Positions 1 to 9,236 of a stretch of 64,000 nucleotides of DNA are shown here, in pieces; position 1 is the first letter of the stretch, and each line of letters begins with the position of its first letter. The stretch is from the IMG/VR virus record IMGVR_UViG_3300008738_000302; one strand, given 5' to 3'. The DNA is from a virus. Under the pieces are notes generated by a model. The model saw nothing but the letters and a program-made list of their open reading frames with translations. It had not been told where the DNA came from and made no database searches. Made by a program: the position numbers and the translations under genes.

Positions 1-2
1 CT

Positions 3-296
3 TTAAATGAAATAACTTTTAGAAATAAAGAAAGAATTAAACATGGAGAAACTGGTCCAGATTTACTTGATTATTTAGTAAAGAAATATCAATTAGAAGA
101 ATTTGTTTTAGGTTATAATGCGTTTTGTTCAATAGGTTGGCATGAAATAGATAAGTTAATTAATGGAACTAAACTTTCAGAAGAAGCTATAGGATTACAT
201 TTGTTTAATGCTAGATGGGAAGCTGATGGAATTGATATTGATAATTATAGTACATCTAAATCTATTCTTACTGAATTGAAGAAAAAGTATTTATGA
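3..296 (+). CDS. Partial (C-terminal) glycosyltransferase, GT32/alpha-1,4-GT-like
   Basis: Own translation from nt 3: ...HGETGPDLLDYLVKKY...FCSIGWHEIDKL...IGLHLFNARW...KKKYL*. The GxTGPxLL and xHLxN motifs are typical of GT32 C-termini. Its TGA overlaps the next ATG (ATGA 293-296). Truncated by the window edge. Confidence 0.6.
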   Translation, partial: LNEITFRNKERIKHGETGPDLLDYLVKKYQLEEFVLGYNAFCSIGWHEIDKLINGTKLSEEAIGLHLFNARWEADGIDIDNYSTSKSILTELKKKYL

Positions 297-1246
297 AATT
301 AAGTAGAGAGAAAAGAAGAGAAGTAGCATTATATCAAAGTGTTTATTTTTATGATAGGAATACAAGATTTAATACTGATATTCATCCAGATGATTTTTTT
401 CATACAACTAAATTTAGATCTTATTTTGATGATGATAATAGAATTAACGGTATTGTTCCTATAAATAAAATAGAGCAATCTATTTTTTTTAAAGATAAAT
501 ATTATTATCCTAAAACTTATATTAAAAATCCAAAGTTAGAAGGAATTTGGTTTATTAAACCAACGGATGGGTCTTTGGGTAATGATATTGAAATAACTGA
601 TGATTTAAGTTCAGTAAAAAATAATAAAAAAGCTATTTATCAACAATCAATTGATAATCCTTTATTACATAAAAATAAAAAAATAGATTTTAGAACTTTT
701 TTATTATTACAAACATTTGAGGGAAAATTTAGAGCATATTTTTATAAAGATTCTATGTTAAGATGGACAACACTTGATTATAAAAAAGATGATTTTACAT
801 TGGAACGCCAAATAACAAATTATCTTGCAAAAAGAGATGGTAAATTTTTTGGTAATACTATGGTTAGGGCATATTCTAAACACACATATCATTATTATAA
901 AGAGTTACATGAAACTATGAAAAATATTATTGTAGATATTTCAAAAAGTATTTTTGATAGAGTGAATAATAAAACACAAAGAAATATATTTCAATTGTTT
1001 GGTGTAGATTTTATTCCTGATGAAGATAAGAATGTTTGGTTATTAGAAATGAATGGTAATCCAGGTCCTTATTTACATTTAGATAGACCATTAACAAAAC
1101 AATTAAAGAATTGGACTTTAGATATAGTTGAAGATATATTTGATTTAACAGTATATCCAATGTATTATGGAAGAAAAAAAAAGTTAGGTGAATTTGAATT
1201 AGTATTTGAAAAAGATTTACAATTTGAAAAATGGATAGAAGTATGA
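293..1246 (+). CDS. Tubulin-tyrosine-ligase-family ATP-grasp ligase
   Basis: WFIKP..GSLGNDI, IYQQSIDNPLL...KIDFRTFLL, FQLFGVDFIPD...WLLEMNGNP match the TTL/polyglutamylase ATP-grasp motifs. Confidence 0.8.
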   Translation: MKLSREKRREVALYQSVYFYDRNTRFNTDIHPDDFFHTTKFRSYFDDDNRINGIVPINKIEQSIFFKDKYYYPKTYIKNPKLEGIWFIKPTDGSLGNDIEITDDLSSVKNNKKAIYQQSIDNPLLHKNKKIDFRTFLLLQTFEGKFRAYFYKDSMLRWTTLDYKKDDFTLERQITNYLAKRDGKFFGNTMVRAYSKHTYHYYKELHETMKNIIVDISKSIFDRVNNKTQRNIFQLFGVDFIPDEDKNVWLLEMNGNPGPYLHLDRPLTKQLKNWTLDIVEDIFDLTVYPMYYGRKKKLGEFELVFEKDLQFEKWIEV

Positions 1247-1710
1247 ATATTAACAGAAAAAGAGATAGACATATAGTAGATTATTTAAATAATCATTTTT
1301 ATTGTAAATTAGGTATATCAAAAGTTCATGGTATAGGAGTTTTTGCATTAAGAGATATACCTGCTGGTATTGATCCGTTTGTTTTACCTAAAAAAGATAG
1401 GTTGGTTACAGTATATAAAGCAAGTTTGAAAAATTTAGATGAGAATATTAAAGAATGGTTAGCTGAAAAATTTATAAATGATGATAAAGTTCAAACAATT
1501 TTACTTACTGATACTTTACAAAAACAGTTTAAATACTATTTTAATCATAATGAAAAACCAAATTTAGAGTGGAATACACCAAAACATCGCCATCCATGTA
1601 TGCCACCTTGTCCAAAATGTGGCGGACAAAATTTTATTACATTACAAGATATAAAAAAAGATGAAGAAATTTTTGTTAATTATGCTATTGACACTAATAT
1701 TTATAATTGA
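1231..1710 (+). CDS. SET-domain protein (putative lysine methyltransferase)
   Basis: SKVHGIGVFALRDIPAG, YFNHNEKPN (NHSxxPN-like), DIKKDEEIFVNY (EExxxxY). Confidence 0.8.
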   Translation: MDRSMNINRKRDRHIVDYLNNHFYCKLGISKVHGIGVFALRDIPAGIDPFVLPKKDRLVTVYKASLKNLDENIKEWLAEKFINDDKVQTILLTDTLQKQFKYYFNHNEKPNLEWNTPKHRHPCMPPCPKCGGQNFITLQDIKKDEEIFVNYAIDTNIYN

Positions 1711-1742
1711 CATATTTATACTTAGGAATATGGAGTTAATTA

Positions 1743-3077
1743 ATGACATGGATTAATACTAAAACGGTATTCACTTGGAATACTAAGGACAAAAAGTACG
1801 AAGAAACTCTTAATGAGGGTTATGATTATACTGGTCCTACTGCTGAATGTTTTGGTTGTTTTATAGCAGGAACAGCTGTACCTACCTCAGATGTAACATA
1901 TGAGTTGATAGAAAATTTAAAAGTTGGTGATACAGTACTTACAGTTAATACAAATACAAAACCATTCACATTAGAAGAAAATAAAATACTTGAAATAGCT
2001 ACACCTGTTCATGAGAATATGGTTGAGATAAAATTTGATGCTAAAATGTTCAAAGATGGTATGCCAACATATAAGTATAGTTTAGATGAAGCAAAACCAT
2101 CTCCCTCTAAGATAGCAGTTGGTCCGAAGAAATTTCCAGAGTTCTGGCTTGAAGTTTCAGAACTAGATAAACTTTCTGATGATGAGAAAGAAGCAGAGTT
2201 TAATAAATATATTGACGCCACTTGGAAGGATTTAGTAAATACAAATACATTTGATCACCCATATTTGGTAAAAAATAAAGGTTGGTGTTCATATAAACCA
2301 AGTTTAACTAAAGAAACATATAGTATGGATGTTGGTCAGCTTGAAGTTGGTGATATTTGTTATGTGCTCAATCCTGTAAGGGGAAGAAGTCCTTTTACTG
2401 AGGTAAAGATTGTTAGTATTGAAGAAAAAAATGAAGAAACCCAAACATATAACTTAGCTAGTGTTGAAAATAATCATAATTATTTAGCTAATGGTGTATT
2501 AGTTCACAATAAAGAAAGTTTGGGTGGTGAAGATGTAACTATTTTAAGTAGTTCTGTTGACCACGCTGATGGAGAAGTACATGCTTCTATGTCAATTGAT
2601 GATAAAGTTTTAGCAGCTAGTATTTCAGGTTTACCTGATACAGATGTAGCATCAGAATTTTTATTGTGGGAATATACGGGTAGTGATATTGCTTCTCAAA
2701 TTACATTAGTTACTGCTTCAGTTGATTATATTATGTCTTCTTCTCGTAACAATTGGTTAAATATTGATTGTAAAAATGGTAGATCTGATACTTTTAGAAT
2801 TACACCTGGACACCCATTATTAGTTAAGAGTGAAAGTTATGGTGAGGGATATGGGCTTCCTGGTTCTACAGGATCAGCAGCACTTACAGGATCTGTTTGG
2901 TATTTTGATTATGCAGGAGACATTAATACAAATTATAAACTTTTAAGTTCTTCATTGGAAGAGGTAGACATTGAATCAATTACACCATATAGTGCGTCTG
3001 AATCGTCTAGCTTTTTTAGATTTGATATAGAACCACAGGATACATATTTCGTAGATCACATATTAATACATAATTAG
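1743..3077 (+). CDS. Short leader peptide fused to two tandem Hint (intein-like/BIL) domains
   Basis: 38-aa N-terminal peptide. Hint1 runs from C39 (CFIAGT, 1857) through TFDHP to VLVHN256 (2510), followed by K. Hint2 runs from about S259 through TPGHP to ILIHN, immediately before the stop. Confidence 0.8.
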   Translation: MTWINTKTVFTWNTKDKKYEETLNEGYDYTGPTAECFGCFIAGTAVPTSDVTYELIENLKVGDTVLTVNTNTKPFTLEENKILEIATPVHENMVEIKFDAKMFKDGMPTYKYSLDEAKPSPSKIAVGPKKFPEFWLEVSELDKLSDDEKEAEFNKYIDATWKDLVNTNTFDHPYLVKNKGWCSYKPSLTKETYSMDVGQLEVGDICYVLNPVRGRSPFTEVKIVSIEEKNEETQTYNLASVENNHNYLANGVLVHNKESLGGEDVTILSSSVDHADGEVHASMSIDDKVLAASISGLPDTDVASEFLLWEYTGSDIASQITLVTASVDYIMSSSRNNWLNIDCKNGRSDTFRITPGHPLLVKSESYGEGYGLPGSTGSAALTGSVWYFDYAGDINTNYKLLSSSLEEVDIESITPYSASESSSFFRFDIEPQDTYFVDHILIHN

Positions 3078-3084
3078 AGGTTAC

Positions 3085-3999
3085 ATGATATTAACTACTT
3101 CTTATACAAGTCCACCTGGATTTGGTCATAGAATTTTTGTTTGGGAATATCTTTATTTAATTAATCAATATAATGATTTCAAATTTGATTTAGTTTTATC
3201 CGATAGTGTTTATGAGGAAACTAAATATTTAGATTTTCCAAAAACAAAAATAGTGTCGGATGATAGATATACTACTAAGAAATTTAGAGCGAAAAAAATC
3301 GTAGCTGAGATATTAGATAAACAATTAACTTCACACGACCATATGCTCAAAGATTGGGATTGTTGTTATTACCATAACGAAAATATTTTTATACCTGATA
3401 TAGATACTCTTAGACCAATTCAAGAAATTCAAATGAAAGACAAAAAACTATTACAGAAAATAAAAGATACTGTTAAAGATTGTATTGGAATTCATGTGAG
3501 ACGGGGAGATTTAAAAGATGATGGTAGTGAGAATTATAAAAAATGGTTAAATAGAGATAATAACAATTGGAGATATGCATACTTAGAAGATAATTATTAT
3601 CTTACAAGATTAGAAAATCATCCAAATAAAAAATTCTATTTAAGTTCAGATGCTACATTAGAAGAATTAAAATTTATTACAGATAACTATGATGTTATTA
3701 TGAGTGATGATATTTTAGGAGAAAAAAAAGAAAGAATTAAATGGGGATTTAATGACAACTATTATATGCATGGTGGTCCTAAAATAGATTTACATTCAAT
3801 AGTAGATTTGATGGCACTAACATATTCTAAAAAATTTATTGCAAGTAATTCTATGTGGAGTGAATTTATTTCAAATTATAAACAAGATAGTTGGAATAAT
3901 ACAGATACTATTTATCCAACAAGATGTTATAAAGTTGCACCAAGAGAAGGATTATATTATTTGGATTACGGATTTCCGTCATCTATGTTACACTCATGA
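3085..3999 (+). CDS. GT11/GT23-like (alpha-1,2-fucosyltransferase-like) glycosyltransferase
   Basis: IGIHVRRGD donor-binding motif, FYLSSD, DLMALTYSKKFIASNSMWS. Confidence 0.7.
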   Translation: MILTTSYTSPPGFGHRIFVWEYLYLINQYNDFKFDLVLSDSVYEETKYLDFPKTKIVSDDRYTTKKFRAKKIVAEILDKQLTSHDHMLKDWDCCYYHNENIFIPDIDTLRPIQEIQMKDKKLLQKIKDTVKDCIGIHVRRGDLKDDGSENYKKWLNRDNNNWRYAYLEDNYYLTRLENHPNKKFYLSSDATLEELKFITDNYDVIMSDDILGEKKERIKWGFNDNYYMHGGPKIDLHSIVDLMALTYSKKFIASNSMWSEFISNYKQDSWNNTDTIYPTRCYKVAPREGLYYLDYGFPSSMLHS

Positions 4000-4724
4000 G
4001 TTTATATAAACATCCAATAAAATTCGATCTAGATAAATTATTAAAAGAAAAAGACTATGCTGAATCAGTAGTTACATATGATTCAGGATTTAGAAATCAT
4101 TGTATATCTTTGTTAGGTAGAAAAGAAGAAGAAATGGAAGGTTGGAATCTTTATTTAGCAGAAATGAATAGGCATAGAATATGGAAAGATTATAATAGAC
4201 AAGTGAATGTATTATATGATACAGAAATCTTACAAGATATTCCTTTTGATAGAAAACATTTACCTTATATGAATAGTGTATTTGATATATTTAATGAAGG
4301 AACTGAAGTTTTAGTTGCTAGATTAATTCGAAGAGAATCACATTCTTCATACGGCATACATAGAGATTATGGAAAAGGTATGGAAGAACTTGAAGATTCT
4401 AAGAAGATGATGTGGAGATTTCAGATTCCACTTATATCAAATAAAGACTGCTACTTAATTATTTTTAAAGATCATGTAGTTGACAAATGGAAAGAGTTAT
4501 ATGGTGAATATCAATTAGAAGATTTTTTAGATAAACCATCTGATGATTTTCAGGTTCATCATTTAGAGGATGGTTATTTATATCACTTTAAAGTTTGGAA
4601 GTATGCACACACGGTATGGAATATGGGGGAAACAGATAGATATACATTAGTAGTTGATACAATACCAAATGAGTGGATAGAAAATTGGGCAAAGGAAAAT
4701 TTAAATGAAGTTTTACCTTCATAA
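3996..4724 (+). CDS. 2OG-Fe(II) oxygenase, Asp/Asn beta-hydroxylase-like
   Basis: YGIHRD (HxD), RFQIPLISN, AHTVWN (distal His), DRYTLVVD. Confidence 0.7.
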   Translation: MSLYKHPIKFDLDKLLKEKDYAESVVTYDSGFRNHCISLLGRKEEEMEGWNLYLAEMNRHRIWKDYNRQVNVLYDTEILQDIPFDRKHLPYMNSVFDIFNEGTEVLVARLIRRESHSSYGIHRDYGKGMEELEDSKKMMWRFQIPLISNKDCYLIIFKDHVVDKWKELYGEYQLEDFLDKPSDDFQVHHLEDGYLYHFKVWKYAHTVWNMGETDRYTLVVDTIPNEWIENWAKENLNEVLPS

Positions 4725-5673
4725 AGATATTTTATATGAAGATCAAGCGTGGAAAACTGTTAAGTTTTTATTAGATGTAAAAAAAATATCTAATGAGGTT
4801 GTAGATATGCACAATATAGAATCTATAAAGCAATTAAATGTTTCAAGTGATGATATATGTTTTGCTAGATTTGGTCATCATTTTGATGATAAGATAGCAA
4901 CTAATAAAGCATATGATGTATTAACTCAAAAATTTAATAAAATATATCCTTCAAAAGACGCATATTATTATTATGATGATAAATTAAAGCAATATGAATT
5001 TATGTTAGAAAATGATATACCTTGTTTGAAAACATATTATGTAGGTAGTAAAGAAGAGATAGAAAAATTAAATATAAAATTTCCTATAGTTACTAAAAAA
5101 ACTTGGGGGGCTGGAACTGAACAAGTTAATAAGTGGGATGATTATGAATCTATTGTTGATAATAAAGATACTCGAAGTTGGACAGGGGGATCTATATTTC
5201 CATGTTTAGTTCAAGAATATAAAGATGTAGATTATGATATTAGAGTTAGAATTTTAAACTCTAAAGTTTTCTTTACTAAAAGAATGCACGAATTTAAAAC
5301 AAAAAATAAAGATAATTTTCCATATGGTACAAAAGAGATTCTTAAAAAAGATAGAATAAAATATCATTTACCACCATATGAAGTTCCTGTAGCATTACCA
5401 ATAAATGATTTAGCAGAAGTAGAAGATATTATACCTATAGTAGAAAAATTACATAAGATTCAAAATGAAAAATTGAATAGTAATTTTGTGGTGTGGGATA
5501 TTCTTAGAACAAATGAAGGAATAAAAATTCTTGAATTTAGTCATGTTACAGTATATAAAAGTTTTCCACAAATTTATTATGATATAGAATATAAAGAAGC
5601 AAATAAATTAACAATAAAAAATCGTGAACATTTTTTTTATTTGTATAACGAAATATTAAAAGGATTAATATGA
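4705..5673 (+). CDS. RimK/glutathione-synthetase-like ATP-grasp ligase
   Basis: DDKLKQYEFMLENDIPCLKT, FPIVTKKTWGAGTEQV, LVQEY..DYDIRV, WDILRT..G.KILEFS. Confidence 0.75.
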   Translation: MKFYLHKDILYEDQAWKTVKFLLDVKKISNEVVDMHNIESIKQLNVSSDDICFARFGHHFDDKIATNKAYDVLTQKFNKIYPSKDAYYYYDDKLKQYEFMLENDIPCLKTYYVGSKEEIEKLNIKFPIVTKKTWGAGTEQVNKWDDYESIVDNKDTRSWTGGSIFPCLVQEYKDVDYDIRVRILNSKVFFTKRMHEFKTKNKDNFPYGTKEILKKDRIKYHLPPYEVPVALPINDLAEVEDIIPIVEKLHKIQNEKLNSNFVVWDILRTNEGIKILEFSHVTVYKSFPQIYYDIEYKEANKLTIKNREHFFYLYNEILKGLI

Positions 5674-7235
5674 AGAAAGTTATTATAGTTGGTGGTGGAT
5701 TTGCAGGTTACTTAACAGCGTTGTTTTTAAATAAAAAATTTCCTAAATTAAAAATTGATATAATAAAATCATCAGATAAAGAACAAATTTCTGCTGGAGA
5801 ACAAACAGGCAAAGAACAACTACAATTGTTTTTTGAATCATTAGGAATTGAAGAAACTGAATGGTTTAGTAGAACAAAATCTTTTTTAAAAATAGGTAAT
5901 TCTTTTGTTGGGTGGGGAAACCGTGAAAATTTTGATCCTCGAGTTGGTGGACCAGATGTAGTTAATCATAGTTTTGTAATGGAAAATAAATTATTACCTT
6001 TACTTAGGAATGGTGGTGGTATGAAATCCGTAAAGGATTCTATGAAATATAATGATAAGTTACATACTGAATTATATCAAAATAGTTTTTTAGAAACACC
6101 CATAGATAATACGGATGATTATATAGATAGTTTTAAAAAACACTTTAAAAATAGTTTTTTTAATAGAAAGAATAATAGAGCCATAGCTCATATGCATGAT
6201 TGGTTAGAGATAGGTAAATTTATAGAAACTAAGTTTGATGATAATGTTAAAATAATTACTGATCATATAACTGATGTGGTTGTAGATAAAAAAAATAATA
6301 CTATAGAATATCTTGTTAATAAAGATAAAGAAAAGATTAAAGCAGATCACTACGTAGATTGTACAGGTATTAGTAGAATTTTGATTTCTAAACTTAGTAA
6401 AGTTGTAGATATTAGTGATGAATATCCTGTAAATAGTGCCGTATTTGGTCCAGTAGAATATATAGATAGAACTAAAGAGATGGTGCCAACCTTATATACT
6501 ACTGCTTTTAAAAATGGTTATTCATTTAAAACACCATTACAACATAGGATAGGAACAGGATATGTCTATTCAGATAAGTATATTAGTAAAGATGAAGCAA
6601 TAGATGAGATAAATGATTATTGGGATGGTAGATTTAAGTCAGATCAAGTTAATCATTTAAAATGGACTCCATCTTATGTAGTTAAACCTTTTCAGAAAAA
6701 TTGTAGCGCTGTAGGATTAGCAGGACAATTTGATTGTCCAATGGAATCTACAGTATTTACTCAGATATCAACTGCTCTTCAACAATTAGGAAATTATTTA
6801 AATAGAGATAATAAATTATTATACATGAATCGTTCTGATATAAGAGATGAAGATATGTTAAATTATTGTAATACTTGGACTGAATATACTTTTCATAATA
6901 CAAGACATTTTAAACAAATGATGTTTTATACTACAAATAGAGATGATAGCGAATTTTGGAAGAATATTAAAACACTTAATTATTCTGATATTTTTTATAA
7001 AAAATTAAGTTTCTTTTTAGACAATTCATTTGATTATATAATAGAAAATAGAAATAAGTTTCCTGATTATACTCCACCAACAAATTTTAATATTAATGAA
7101 GATAGATTTTGGAGAGTATATCAAAAAGGATTTAAAGGATATTTTGATTATATGGGAATAAGGGGTGTAGGACATAGTATGATATTAGATGTTCATAATT
7201 GGTTAATGATTCTTGCGTATAAAAAATACATTTAA
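5670..7235 (+). CDS. FAD-dependent tryptophan-halogenase-like oxidoreductase
   Basis: VGGGFAG Rossmann motif, YVDCTGISRIL, PLQHRIGTGYVYS, AVGLAGQFDCPMEST. The WxWxIP motif is degenerate (YSFKTP). Confidence 0.75.
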   Translation: MKKVIIVGGGFAGYLTALFLNKKFPKLKIDIIKSSDKEQISAGEQTGKEQLQLFFESLGIEETEWFSRTKSFLKIGNSFVGWGNRENFDPRVGGPDVVNHSFVMENKLLPLLRNGGGMKSVKDSMKYNDKLHTELYQNSFLETPIDNTDDYIDSFKKHFKNSFFNRKNNRAIAHMHDWLEIGKFIETKFDDNVKIITDHITDVVVDKKNNTIEYLVNKDKEKIKADHYVDCTGISRILISKLSKVVDISDEYPVNSAVFGPVEYIDRTKEMVPTLYTTAFKNGYSFKTPLQHRIGTGYVYSDKYISKDEAIDEINDYWDGRFKSDQVNHLKWTPSYVVKPFQKNCSAVGLAGQFDCPMESTVFTQISTALQQLGNYLNRDNKLLYMNRSDIRDEDMLNYCNTWTEYTFHNTRHFKQMMFYTTNRDDSEFWKNIKTLNYSDIFYKKLSFFLDNSFDYIIENRNKFPDYTPPTNFNINEDRFWRVYQKGFKGYFDYMGIRGVGHSMILDVHNWLMILAYKKYI

Positions 7236-7265
7236 CCTTATCTAATTAGAAGAGTCTAATATAGT

Positions 7266-7409
7266 ATGATAGATACAGAAAAATTTATAAAAAACCTACA
7301 TAAAGAAATAAAACGTAGAAAAGAACGTAAACAACGTGTATTCAATACTATTTATTTAGTAGGAGTGTTTATCTTTGATTTTATAATAGACACAGGAGAA
7401 TGGATATGA
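7266..7409 (+). CDS. Small basic membrane protein (47 aa), not in ORF track
   Basis: MIDTEKFIKNLHKEIKRRKERKQRVFNTIYLVGVFIFDFIIDTGEWI*: basic stretch followed by a hydrophobic segment. Confidence 0.35.
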   Translation: MIDTEKFIKNLHKEIKRRKERKQRVFNTIYLVGVFIFDFIIDTGEWI

Positions 7410-7741
7410 AAAAATATTTATTAATGTTTGCTTTTATTTTACCATTAATGGCTCAAGAAGTTGAAGTTAAAGAAGTAGATGGTAAGACAGAAGTTACCGT
7501 TAAGAAACAACACGATAAGAAAAAATGGGATCGTGGCAGTATGAAGCGCGGTATGGACAGACGTGATAAACGAATGATGATGGCTAAACGAAAAAAGATG
7601 CAAAGGAAGAGATTCTGGCGCTCAGCAGTTCGTGTAGTTGTTATTGGTGGAGTAGCTTATTATGTTGGATATACTCAAGGCCAAAAGCATGAACATAAAC
7701 GTGGTTGGAATAAAAAACCATATATGGGTGATAGAAAATAA
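7400..7741 (+). CDS. Exported/membrane protein, hypothetical
   Basis: Signal peptide (MKKYLLMFAFILPLMAQ), Met/Arg-rich helical region, TM segment; AGGAG RBS. Confidence 0.6.
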   Translation: MDMKKYLLMFAFILPLMAQEVEVKEVDGKTEVTVKKQHDKKKWDRGSMKRGMDRRDKRMMMAKRKKMQRKRFWRSAVRVVVIGGVAYYVGYTQGQKHEHKRGWNKKPYMGDRK

Positions 7742-8325
7742 TGAAACTTAAAAAAATATTAATGAGTTGTGTATTACTTTTTGGGAGCTTGTCTCTATCG
7801 GGATGTTATACGCAACTCTCTATGTTTTATCCTGAACCAGAAATCGAAAATGATGATAGTGAACAGTTCTACGAAACTTATTCAAGAGCAGTTCCAAGAC
7901 CTCTTAACGTAGGTATTTACGCACAAGACGGAGCAGGAACACCATTGAGTTTAGCTTATAGTTCAATGTATAATAGATTTCAACCATACTATGGATTTGG
8001 TTATGGTTATGGTAGAAGTGGTTACTATAATAGTTACGGAACTTATTATGGATATGATTCATATCTAATAGGTGGATATACAATGTATGTTCCAGTTAAT
8101 ACAGGTGAAAGAAAACCAAGAACATTTTCTACAAGTAGAGATAGTGATGGTTCACCTGGAACAAATTTAAATGTTACAAGAACAAGAAGTTCCAACACTT
8201 CACAATCAAGTAATAGTGGTTATAGTAATAGTTCGAATGTATCAAGTACAAGAAGTTCTTCAGGGCGCTCGTCAAGTTCTTCCTCAAGTTCTAATTCAGG
8301 AAGAAGAGTAACCAAGAGGAATTAA
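7741..8325 (+). CDS. Lipoprotein with Tyr/Gly-rich core and Ser/Arg-rich disordered tail
   Basis: Lipobox LSLSGC; tail SSTRSSSGRSSSSSSSSNSGRR. Confidence 0.65.
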   Translation: MKLKKILMSCVLLFGSLSLSGCYTQLSMFYPEPEIENDDSEQFYETYSRAVPRPLNVGIYAQDGAGTPLSLAYSSMYNRFQPYYGFGYGYGRSGYYNSYGTYYGYDSYLIGGYTMYVPVNTGERKPRTFSTSRDSDGSPGTNLNVTRTRSSNTSQSSNSGYSNSSNVSSTRSSSGRSSSSSSSSNSGRRVTKRN

Positions 8326-8326
8326 T

Positions 8327-8617
8327 ATGATATTAGAATTATTATTTAGCTTTGTACTCTTTATTACTGGTGGACATTTAATAGATACTAAATTTAAAGT
8401 ACATCATTATAGTGATGAGGATTATAAGGAAATTTTCTTTCTACAAGCTAAAAAGGAAATTTCTAAGGAATGTATAAAACACTCTGTAGTGGAAACTATT
8501 ACTTATAAAAATAGTTATCGTGAAGGTAAGCAACAGAGGGATTATACAATATCTAATCCATATCCAATACAAGATACACCACAACAAGATACTTTTAATA
8601 GTCAAAGGAGAAATTAG
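8327..8617 (+). CDS. Hypothetical membrane-anchored protein
   Basis: N-terminal hydrophobic segment; tightly coupled to its neighbours. Confidence 0.55.
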   Translation: MILELLFSFVLFITGGHLIDTKFKVHHYSDEDYKEIFFLQAKKEISKECIKHSVVETITYKNSYREGKQQRDYTISNPYPIQDTPQQDTFNSQRRN

Positions 8618-8619
8618 TT

Positions 8620-8871
8620 ATGAGTAGTTTAGCAAAAATAATTGGAGCTATTTTAGCTGCATTAGGGTTAAGTTCTTTAGTATCAGGAAAGAAAAAAGCT
8701 GCAGTTAAGAAGATAGATGCCAAGAAAAAAGTTGTAAAGAAAAAAGTTAAAAAAATTGATAAGGAACTAAAACAGGTTAAGAAAGCACAAACAAAAGCTA
8801 AAAAACCTACTAAGAGAAAAAAAGTAAAAGACTCTGATAAGTTTCTGAAAGATTTTGCAAAGAAAAAATGA
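8620..8871 (+). CDS. Lys-rich membrane-anchored protein (possibly spanin-like)
   Basis: N-terminal TM IIGAILAALGLSSLVSG followed by an extremely Lys-rich helical region; GGAG upstream. Confidence 0.5.
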   Translation: MSSLAKIIGAILAALGLSSLVSGKKKAAVKKIDAKKKVVKKKVKKIDKELKQVKKAQTKAKKPTKRKKVKDSDKFLKDFAKKK

Positions 8872-9236
8872 AGAAAACAAAAATGATTAGTTGGGTTGTT
8901 GGTTTCATGTTATTTTGTGGATGGGCCGATTTAGTATGGGGTCAAACAACTTTAACTAAAGAACAAGCAGACAATCTTGCAAATAATATACAAGAGTTAC
9001 AAATCAAAGCGGATTCTCTATCTACTTCAGATAGCTTAAAGACTATTGAAATAGATTTACTTAATGAGAAAATTGATTCGTTAGAAGAAGATTTAACTCT
9101 TACAGAAAAGAAAGCTAAGTTAGTTAAGCCAAGTTGGTATGAGAATAAGTGGTTATATTTCGGATATGGTTCAGTACTAACATATGCAGTACTTACACTT
9201 GTTGAACAAGCTGGTCACGCTATAAATATTTTTTAA
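8868..9236 (+). CDS. Exported coiled-coil protein with C-terminal hydrophobic segment (possibly spanin-like)
   Basis: Signal peptide, heptad-like LQIKADSL...LEEDL, KPSWYENKWLYFGYG then a hydrophobic tail; overlaps the previous gene (ATGA). Confidence 0.5.
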   Translation: MKKTKMISWVVGFMLFCGWADLVWGQTTLTKEQADNLANNIQELQIKADSLSTSDSLKTIEIDLLNEKIDSLEEDLTLTEKKAKLVKPSWYENKWLYFGYGSVLTYAVLTLVEQAGHAINIF

